Below are positions 42,025-52,719 of a DNA stretch of 64,000 nt, piece after piece. Each line of letters starts with the position of its first letter. Position 1 is the first letter of the stretch. The notes beneath the pieces are model-generated. The model saw only the letters and a list, made by a program, of their open reading frames with translations, had not been told where the DNA came from and ran no database searches. Origin of the DNA: Piromyces finnis finn (Eukaryota > Fungi > Neocallimastigomycota); contig MCFH01000003.1 in NCBI GenBank assembly GCA_002104945.1, forward strand, positions 1,589,769 through 1,653,768, read 5' to 3'. The position numbers and the translations under genes were made by a program.

Positions 42025-43737
42025 TAGAATAATGGATAATGGATAATGATCATAATTTGTTATATCTTTTTTTTTTTTTATTTTCTAACCATAAATCAAA
42101 TTAGCAATTAATAGATATTAATAATTAATGCCTAATTAATATTTATTAAACTTTTTGTAGAAATAAAAATGGTGCTTTTATACTTTTTAAGTTTTAATAA
42201 GATTAAACTTGAAAGTTATTTAGATTACATATATAAAGTATCACCATCATACCTGCACACTGCATTCTAAAGTACATCTTATAATTGTTCATACATGCAT
42301 ATTATTTTCTAATTTTTTTTTCCATTTTTTCTTTTTTTTTTCTTCTTCTTAATCTTACTGTAGTTAGATTATTATTTTTACTAAAAAATAAAAGTATTCC
42401 TGGGAAAGGAACCATTGCCAACTGAATAAAAAAGTGGCCTTTTGGGTTGTTCATTTTTTCTTTATTTTTTTATTAAAAAAAATTTAAATTAAATTAATTT
42501 ATATTAATATATTATAATATATTTTAATATATACATTTGATATATTGTAAATTAGTCATTAAATAAAAAGATGTTAAGCATTATTCATTTTATGTAACTC
42601 ATTTATATATAATAATATATTGTATTCATATATTAATTTTAATTAAATGTAAAACAGTTGAATACACAAAATTAAACATAAATATAAATAAAATACTTTA
42701 TATATTAAAGTCAATTCTAATTCTAATATATAATATAATATCACATATATTACAATATATTACAATATATGCTAATTATTTTTAATTAAAGTTTTTTTTA
42801 TTAAAATTTTTTATTTAAAAAAAAATAAAAATTTCTACTTTTTAACATAAAAAAAAAAAAAAAGAGGAAAAGAAATTGCAAAAAAAAAAGTGGGAATTTA
42901 ACAGTAAATCTTAATAAAAAAACCAAGAAAAAACCCAGAAACAAAAAGAATTAAAAATAAAAAAATTAATTAAAAAAAAAAGAAAAGGAAAAAGTAAAAG
43001 TTTTTTTTTAAAAATTAAATTTTAAAGGTAAATATTGTAAATTCTTTTTTTTTTTTTTTTTTTGGCCATTCTTTACTTGTAGTAAAGTACAAAATAAAAT
43101 ATGTCGCTGAAGCGAGAAAAAATTTATATTTCAACAATTATCAAAAATATTCTTTATGGTCCCTATTCAAAGATAAATAAAAGGGATTGTATGCCATAGG
43201 CAACTTTTTTTAATGACAATTTTAAACCAATACAAAAAAGAGAGAACTCAAGATAGTGATAAGAACGTAGAATTGTATACTAGGTGCATTTTTAATTGTA
43301 ATAGATAGAACTCGAGATGTTTATTTTTTGGCAATAAAATTGATACTTTTTCTAGTTATTATAATTAACAATAACATTTAATGTTAGTTATTTAAAAAAA
43401 TGATGAAAGAGAATTATACAACAGATGAATTGTTTAATACTGGATGCAACCTTTATACAATTAAATTTAAAATAAAATTTTCACCTTTAAATTATTCCTA
43501 TTTTATTTATCAATAAAACATTAAAACATAAATAAAATTTAAATGAAATATAAATGAAATTGAAATTCTTTATTATTAATCTATATATACAATAGATATA
43601 AATACTAATCAAATTATTTTTATTATTATTAAATAATTATAAACATGCATTTTAAAAATATTATGAAACACACACACACACACACGCATACACAAATACA
43701 TAATATATAGTAATAAAACATAAAACTATATTGAAAA

Positions 43738-44367
43738 ATGATTTGCCAATATATTATTGCTTTAGTTTTCTTTATTGCTTCAACTTTCTGTACCACTTGT
43801 GGTAGAGATATTCCTTGTCTTGCTGAAAATGCACAAATGACTTTCCTTGGTCGTGTTATAAATGTTGAAAAAACTAATTCTACCTATTTCTCAGCTGAAG
43901 TTCAACCATTATGTACTATGTATTCTACTGTTCAAAACACTAAACTTGATGAAGAAGAATTTCAACGTACTGTTTTCATTGATGGTTTTGGTACTCATGC
44001 TGGTGGTTCTTGTAATGCTGATAGTGGTATTGTCGGTGATACCAACATCTTTTTCGTTTGGGTTAATGCTTCCAGAGTTCATGGTGTTGCAAGACGTTTC
44101 GGTCTCTATGATCCATGCTATGGTGCTTTCAAATACACTGATGAAAATGCCAATCAATTAAATAACTTTATGGCCTCTCATAATTCTATGGTTCCAACTC
44201 CAACAGGAAAGGAATGCCCATCAGATGCTGGTAAGCCAGGTGTATCTAGTAATGGTATGTCAGGTTCAATTAACTTAGAAGATGGCTTTTCTAGTAATGC
44301 TATGATGAAATATACACTTAGCTTTGTAGCTATCCTTGCTTCTTTACTTGCATTATTTATTATGTAA
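43738..44367 (+). CDS. Secreted, probably GPI-anchored protein with an agrin NtA (TIMP-like OB-fold)-like domain
   Basis: Signal peptide, then TCGRD...ENAQMTFLGRV...VFIDGFG...SCNADSGIVGDTNIFFV. This is collinear with agrin NtA as I recall it (TCPER...EANVVLTGTV...VVISGFG...ICDNQVSTGDTRIFFV). Ser/Gly/Pro linker and C-terminal SSN plus hydrophobic tail (GPI-signal-like). Confidence 0.75.
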   Translation: MICQYIIALVFFIASTFCTTCGRDIPCLAENAQMTFLGRVINVEKTNSTYFSAEVQPLCTMYSTVQNTKLDEEEFQRTVFIDGFGTHAGGSCNADSGIVGDTNIFFVWVNASRVHGVARRFGLYDPCYGAFKYTDENANQLNNFMASHNSMVPTPTGKECPSDAGKPGVSSNGMSGSINLEDGFSSNAMMKYTLSFVAILASLLALFIM

Positions 44368-45254
44368 ATAAGTAGATAACATTTATACAAAGAAATCATT
44401 ATTTTTAATATTATGAAATTATACCTTTTTTAAAGTATATATTTATATTTTTTGTTTATCCCAACTACTCAGTATAATTATCATCATTATTTCACCCATT
44501 AGTATTAAATTTATCATATATATATTATAAGTTTTATTTTTTTTTATTGAATATTTTATTTTTAAAGCATTATTATATCTTTAAGTAATAATTAATATCA
44601 CACAAACCTAAACTCCAATAATTCATTCTATTATTATTTAATTAGTATTTTTGGATTATTTTTACATTTTTGTAAAAAAAGAAAAGATAAAAAAGAAATA
44701 TTCATAAATATTCATAAAAAAAAAAAAAAAAGTATATTTATTTTTAATACAAAAATAAAAGTTTAAAAAAAATCAAAAAATAATTTTAAATTAAGAAAGA
44801 AAAAAAAAAAAACGTTGCTCACACTTTTTTTTTTTTTTTTTTAATTATTGAATGAGTAATGTTTTATAGAAATTAAATGTAATAGTCAAGGGAAGGAATA
44901 GCAATAATAATTATTTAAAAAAAAAAAACTAATATAATTAATACATTATAATTATGAAAGGAAAGATAATAATAATAATAAAAAAGAAAGATTATTATTA
45001 TATGAAAAAAATTAATATTATAATATTTTTTTTTAATTCATATAAATACCAAAGTAAAAATAAATAATTTTAAAAAAAAAAAAATATTGAAAATAATAAT
45101 AATAATAAAGAAATTGTATTTTATTATTAAAATAAAAGTATTATCATTATGCAATATCTAATACCCTCCTTTATTTTTGTTTCATTAAAACTATTTCTTA
45201 AATTTGTGTTGAATTGAACCATTTATAATTAAATCATTATTTTAATGAGAATTA

Positions 45255-45692
45255 GTTATAAGATAAATCTCTAATATCATATTAAAAATATATAATTAAA
45301 TAAAAATATTTTATTTTATTTAATAATTGTGGTATTTCGTAATATATCTATTTCCTATTTTATGATTAAAGAGTTATTTATGAATTACAAGCTTTCTAAA
45401 TTTGATAAATTTGAAAGTTCTGGTAGGGTCACACCAGTTAACTTATTTTTGGATAAATATCTATTTCAAATGAAATTTATATATAAAAAAAAAATTAACA
45501 TTTTAATAACAAATAAAAAAAATAAACTGGTTTAATAAAGAGGAATATTATTAAAAAATTAGATTACAAAGTTTTTAGTTTTGATAACTTTGCAAATTCT
45601 GGTGATATAGAATCAGCTAATTTATTACTAGATAAATCTCTATTTCAAAATGAAAATATAGATATCTATGAATAAAAGTAATAAATTATAAT
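45255..45692 (-). pseudogene. Orphan LRR exon cassette (two complete 72-nt LRR exons plus the start of a third)
   Basis: Exons 45639..45568 (DLSSNKLADSISPEFAKLSKLKTL) and 45460..45389 (YLSKNKLTGVTLPELSNLSNLESL) with intact splice sites. Exons and introns are close copies of ~53330..53745. The third exon breaks after DLSYN. Confidence 0.85.
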
Positions 45693-45719
45693 TAATCTAC
45701 TAGAGATTGAATATTATTT

Positions 45720-47995
45720 GGTAATTTCTTACTTAATTCATTTCCTTAATAAATTAATTTGGTTTCCTTCATTATCGATATATTTTTTTGTATCTGTAAT
45801 AAATTTATATGTATTTTTATCTATATTTTTGTTATTTGACAATTTTATACTATTTTCAACACCCTTTAATACTAATGTTTTACTTTCAGGCGAAATCTTC
45901 TCGTTTTTAATTATATCAATAGCATTACTGTTGTCTAAGTTTTCAAGGTCAAGATGATATAATTTATTTTGTGTATCTGAAAAATCATTTGAATAATATT
46001 CTTCTTTACCCAACTTAGATGCAATACTATTATGTAATTTGCAAATAACTTCACTATTATTTCTTAAATTACCGTTATTATATTCTTTAATATTTTTATT
46101 AAGTAATTCATGTAAATCATTATAGGTAGCTAATAACGTATCTCTGTAAACATCATCAATATTATCTATATCGAGTAATTCTATTTTTTCACACAGTTTA
46201 TTTATAGTATTTAACAAATCTTTTGAATCTGATACTATAGTTTTATGATCAACTTCAAAAGATACTCTTTCATTTTCAACTAGTACTAGACCATACATTA
46301 AATTACCATTATTTAGATTTACAATACCTGTTAAATTTTCAATAGAAACATTATCAATTTCAAATTACTGTTTTTAGATCCTGGTTCATTAGAAATATGA
46401 TATTTATTAAATACTTTACTATTCTCCTCATCACTGATATCTTCGCTTTCACCACTAACATCATTTTCGTCTTTACCATCATTATCAATATTATTATCGT
46501 CATTATCATTATCAATAATATCTTCTTCATTGTTATTATTATCATTGACATTATCAATAGTTGTACTAGTAATCGTAGTTGTAATATCTCCAAAGATTTT
46601 TCTGTGATTTTCTAAATTACTCTTAAAATAACCCTCCATTTCTATTACATCATTCTCATCAAAATTAATTAAAAGAGAATTATCACTACTTTCATATTTA
46701 GCTAATAAGCGTTTATATTGATTAATTGTATGATGATGGTCGATAAGATAACTAGAGCTTTCTTCCTTAGTTAAGCCATTTAAATTTTTGTCATAATTCT
46801 GTGATACATATTTCCATACATCAGTGATTTTTTCTGCATTCTTATGTAAAGCTTTTGGGTTAGATATATCGTCAATACTGTCATAATATGGCAAAAGATT
46901 TTTATCTAAATTTTTTTCTTTAAATAATTCTACTATATTTATTGTATTTAATCTAATATTATTATCAAAGGAAAGTCTTGTTGGATTTGTACAGGCATTA
47001 TTTTCTCCTTTTCGTATGCTTACCAACTTCGATCTTTGGCACATATTAACATTACTTATTGAAATTATATTACCCATCCAATCAAACTCAACATCCATTT
47101 CATATAAATGATCAGCAGTAATTCCAATACCATTTAAAGTAGCACTATTATTTACTGGAAAGAAATATTCAAAAATACTAGCACCAACAGTTAAAGTTAA
47201 TATTTTGGAATGTATTTCATTATTATTATTTCTATTATTATTTATAGGATTTGAAAAATTTTTTATAATTAAAGAAAAATTATAAAATTCCGATCTAGTA
47301 TTTTCATTAACAACATTACTGAAAAATCCTATGTAATCATGGTTATAATTTTGTTTTAGTTGATGCATTTCTAAAGCATCTCATAAAGGAATATTATTTG
47401 GATTATTTATAAAGGCATGTTGTTAAGAATATGTTGCACCAGAATTTCTATTGAAATACTTTAAAATTTTATTTGATTCTTTTAATACATCTAGGTTACA
47501 TATATGATTTCATTATGTTTTTTTCAAGGTTAACTAAATTATTATTATTATTATTATTATTATTATTTCTTAAAGTAAGAAAAAAATGCTGTTCAAATTC
47601 GCTATAAAAGCTTAAATCATGATTATTATTTACTTTAAATTCATTTAATTTAAAACCTTTGTTTAAACAATTATATAGAACATCTTTATATTTCTGTTTT
47701 TCAATTGCATCATTTATATTATCGTATTTATATTGGATATAATCATATTGAATTATATAATTATCAACAATAGCTTTAAATGAATTTCTTAATATACTAT
47801 TACTAATAGAATCACCATTTTTATTCCTATTTATATAACCAGTATCTCTAAATACAACGCCAGTAAAAATATTTAACTTTAAAGCAATATCTTTATAATA
47901 GCCGTTAGAATCATTAATATTATATTCTTTTCTATTATGATACTTAATAACAAATTCAGTGGCTCTTTTTTCTCCTCCATCTGAAGAAAATGAAA
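45720..47995 (-). pseudogene. Decayed large intronless gene X (Asn/Asp/Lys-rich, unknown family)
   Basis: ORFs 47496..48104, 46331..47368 and 45738..46298 can be chained through frameshifts near 47500 and 46350 and two in-frame stops (TAA, and TGA in PL*DALEM). Confidence 0.65.
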
Positions 47996-48001
47996 TAGGA
48001 T

Positions 48002-49500
48002 TATTCATGGTGTTACTGATGCTATTACAGATACCAATGGTGAAACAAATGAACAAAATTGGAGTCAATATTAGGAACATTCCGGTACTCAAGAATATAG
48101 TCATTTAAGTAAGGATGATTTTGATTATTATAATAATCAATATGAGGAAGTGAAAAAACTCAAACATGTTGAAAGTAAACATGAAAAATGTTTTTATGCT
48201 GGTTTAATTAATGGTATAAAAGCTATATGGGCCGTTACTAGTAAAGGTATTTCAAAAATATTTAAAGGTGGTAGTAAAAATGCAGCAAGTAACAATGCTA
48301 ATAAGCGATCTATAAGTGGAGGAAAAGGTGGAAATGTATCTAAACCGGTTAATAATAAATCTAGTAATAATAAATCTAGTAATGATAAATCTGGTAATAA
48401 TGAAAATAAAAATGAGAATAATAAGAATAATAATAAGGATTATGATAGTATTTTTTAAATCAGCAGATGCTGCTCAAGCAGGTATTGCTTATGCTTCGAT
48501 GATTCAAGAAGGGGATATTGCAAATAGAGAACATATTCAAACTGAAGTATGGAATCAAATGAATTACGATCAAATAGAATACTGGAATTATTGGAATTAT
48601 AATCAAACGAAAAGATGGAATAGTAAAAATTATGATCAAACAGAAAAATGGAATCAAAAAAATTATGATCAAACAAATTATTGGAATGACCCTAATTACC
48701 AACAAACTGAAGCCTGGAATACACTAAATTATGAATAGACGGAAAAATGGAATAATATTAATTATAATCAAACTGAGGAGATGGAATTGGAAAACATTTG
48801 ATCAAACTGAATATTGATATCACTCAATATAAATTAGCTAATTTTAATTATGATACTCAAGAATATTTTACTGAAAGGCAAGAAAGGTCAGATTTAGTTA
48901 TGGCTTTAGCAGGTCAACGTTTATCAAGCAATACAGAAGTTGAAGGTTCTAACGATGGCGGTTCAAAAATTAATTCAAAAGAGCATTCAAATTATAATTC
49001 TCATTCGCATGGTATAATGGATCAGAATAAAAATATTAATGGTTACTCGGATGCATATACTTTAGGTCACAGCGAGACATCCAATACAGAATTTTCCAGA
49101 AGTGATAATATTTCTAATATTTTATCTAATACTTATACTAAAGAAAACGGTTGGTCTAAAGAAAATAGTGAATCTAATACATCGACTAATGGAAGAACCT
49201 TTGGTAATAGTTATTCTAATTCAGTTATGAAAGAAATTTCTAAAGAAGATACTAAAACAATTTCAACAGAAAATACAAATAGTAGAATTGTTTCTAATAC
49301 CGTTTTTATCATGGAGTAATTGGTTTTTAAGAAAAAATAATTATCATAGAAGATATATAGAACCATTAGTATATGCAATATCTTCATGTAATTTAGATTA
49401 CCATATATATTTAATATGTATAGTTATGAGCAACCAAATCATGATGGAATTCAAATCGACCCTTATTTCAATAATTTATTACCAGGTGAAATGGTAATAA
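48002..49500 (+). pseudogene. Decayed intronless gene Y with 11-aa W/N/Y/Q repeats and a Ser/Thr-rich region
   Basis: A protein-like reading from IIHGVTDAITDTNGETNEQNW runs into ORF 48150..48458 and continues via frameshifts and stops into 48316..48738 and 48798..49319. Repeats follow NYxQTExWNxx. Confidence 0.65.
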
Positions 49501-50064
49501 ATAAATGAAGTTGTTTTATTTTTTAAAAGAAAATGTATATATTTTATTTCAAATATTATATTTGTTATTATAAATTAGTTATATTTGTATTATTTTTAAT
49601 TAAATTATAAGATATCAAATAAATAAAAAAGATGGTTTTAAAAAATATATACTAAATTTCTTTTTAAATAAAATATTTTTTAAAATTACATCCTTTTTTA
49701 TAATAATTCTAATTTCTTATTGAATTATTTAAATTTGTATTTATTATTATAGAGAGTATAATGGTATAGTATCAATTATATATATATAATATTTTTAAAT
49801 ATCTAATTTATTTTTATGAGTAGTATTGAATTATAAATAGTTTTTATTTATAGGAATGGTTTACACTGATAAAATATAAATATATTTATAGGAATATCGA
49901 TTTTGATAGTGTTAATATAAAATTTTTTTGTTTAATAAATGTAGAAATAGTTTTAAAAATAATCTTTTTTCTTTTTGTGATTTTTATAATATAATAATTT
50001 AAAAATAAAATTATATAGATCCCTATTTTAATCATTTAAATGGATAGTTTTTTCTTTTACTAAT

Positions 50065-51856
50065 TCAATTGTTTGGTTTAATAACAATATCACTACATAT
50101 CTCATTATTATTATTATTATTAGTTTTGTATTGCTGTGAAGATACTGTACTACTCATATTACTACTTTCATCATTTTCATTATTACTATTTCTTCTTTTA
50201 TTTTTTAAATAGACATAGAATGTTGATAAAGCAATAAATAATACACATGGGATAACTAGACATATTATAATTATTAATTTAATATTAGTGCTCTTTGTTT
50301 CTAATAAAGGATTATTAGCAATATACCTTTTGATAATGAATTTAAAATTATTAATATGTTAGCTAAACAATGAAATTTTAATAAGATATAATATAATATA
50401 AAATGATATTTATCTATTTTTATGTTAAAATAAATGAAATTAATTACAATTTTATATTCGATTTTTGGATTTCTTTCGGAACGAATCCACTTAAATTATT
50501 AATAGATAATTGCCTAATTAAAAAAATAATAAATAAAAATACAAATAAAATTAATAAAAAGTATAATAAAATAAATAAGAAAAAAATGATGAATTTCATA
50601 AGAATAATAAAAAGTGAATTACAAAGTATTTAATTTTGGTATTTTTGCAAGTTCAGGTGGTATGGAGCCAGTTAAATTATTAGAAGATAAATCTCTATAT
50701 CAAATGAAAATTATTAAAAATGAAGATTTAGCACATTAACAGTAAGTGATAGTAATAAGAATATAGAATTAAAATTTTAAAAAAAAAAAAAATAAATTTA
50801 CAAAGTTTTTAGTTTTGATAATTTTGCAAGTTCTGGTGGAATAGAACCACTTAATCTATTATCCCTAAAATTTCTATATTAAATAAGAAAATAGGAATAT
50901 TTATGAATAAAAGTAATAAACAAAACATAAATTATTATATAGTATAAATTTAAATACAAATATTCTAGGTTTATTAAGTTTCCAAGTTCTGGTGGAATTG
51001 AATCACTTAATTTATTATGGGCTAAACATCTTTTTAAAGAAAACAATAAATTAATCATTAGAATAAAAATGTATATAACTATTAATTCATTCCATTATTA
51101 CAAGTATTCTAAATTTGATAAATTTCCGAGTTCAGGTGGAATTGAACCATTTATTTTACTTTTACCAAAGTATCTTTTTATAGAAAATAATAAATTAATA
51201 CATAATAATAATAATAATTTATAATATCAATAAGGAAGAAAAAAATATTTCAGTTATTACAAATATTTTAAATTAATTAAATTTCCAATTTCTGGTGGTA
51301 TAGAGACAGAATGAGTTTTGCCAGATATATTTCTTTTTTATTAGAAATAAAAATATATTAATAAATATATATTCAATTATTGAAATGAAAAAGTTTAAAT
51401 TTTGCTTTAAAAAGAAATGTTTATGTTTTTTTTTCATATAACCATTTAAAATAGTTTATACTTTTATATTTTTAAATATATATTAAATAGAAAGTATATC
51501 TATTATTATAAATATCTTAATAATAATAATAATAAAAAAAAATCTTATTCATTGTTCATTACTTTATTTTTTTAATAAAAAATATAATATATTACTTTTA
51601 CTATTTTATTAACGGTTTTATATATATATATTTCATATAAAGTAAAAAATTAAAATATTATAAAATATATAATATATTACATTTTAGTAATATGACCATC
51701 ATTTGAACAAGTCACTCCTTCTTCTTGACAACAATTGTATGTCTGATTTTTTTGTAATAATTCATTTACCACAAAACACTCTTCATTAATAGTACTTTGT
51801 GCAGAAATGCATTTTACAGTAATAATAAGAGTAATTAATAAAATAAATATATTCAT
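50065..51856 (-). CDS. LRR receptor-like protein A (signal peptide, Cys cap, 6 LRR exons, TM, short tail; 287 aa)
   Basis: Exons 51856..51681, 51332..51261, 51173..51102, 51029..50958, 50873..50802, 50694..50623, 50513..50448, 50326..50065. All introns are phase-2 GT-AG and the total is 864 nt with no internal stop. MNIFILLITLII signal, CCQEEGVTC..GHIT cap, GSIPPELGNL repeats, TM IIIICLVIPCVLFIALSTFYVYL then KNKRR. Confidence 0.88.
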
Positions 51857-52719
51857 AATGGTAACTTATCTATTTATTATTATTTAAAAAAAAATTAAAA
51901 ACTAGAACCTTTTTAAACATAAAATCATACAATATCTTTTATTTATAATTCTACACTTAAAGTTTTTTAAAATAATACTATTTATAGTAGTTACAATAAA
52001 AGTTTGGTATTAAATAGTATAGACTAATAGATAAAAACAAAATAAAAATAGGATTTATAAATATTCATTCTATTCATTCCATACATTAAAATAAAGATTA
52101 AAAATTACAAAAATACTAGTATATATTTATTTAATTTTTTATTGTCATGACGAGTAAAATATTGATAATACTATATTTTATACATTTTATTTATTTCCTT
52201 TTTTTTTGGTAAAAAGGGAAAGAATATTTTTACCTTTTATAATGATTAAATAGTTATGATAAATAATTTTTTTACCATGGTAAAAATAAAGTAATTATTA
52301 AATCATATTGGTATTTCTTTCTATGAAATAGAATATTCATAAAAAAATAAAAGTTTAATTCTTTATCAATATGTATTATTTAAAAGTTTTTATAAACACT
52401 TTTTGGATAATATAGTTAGTATCTATTAATTATATAATACTGTAATTTTTTTATGAGTACTATTTATTGAATTAAAAATTATAATTATTTATGGATATGA
52501 TTTACAATGATAAAACAGAAATTTATTTAAAAGAAAAAAAAAAGGATGATATTGTTAATTAATATATATAGGTTTAATGAGTGTAGAGCTAGTTAATAAT
52601 ATATTTTATATTTATAATTTTCATTATAAACTATTATAAATAAAAAATAAAAAAGAAAGTAAAATATATAAATGTATAAATTACTTTCTTTATTAAACTT
52701 TAAAATTGTCTCCATCATC

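Noticed and set aside
39000-43300. Scattered coding-like snippets (for example ~40100-40230 minus, ~40440-40510)
   Set aside because: Short, interrupted by stops, and could not be chained into a gene or assigned to a family.
45720-49500. RIP-like C>T mutagenesis as the cause of the premature stops
   Set aside because: There are only a few informative sites, the lesions include indels, the LINE stops look like transversions, and no intact copy is available for comparison.
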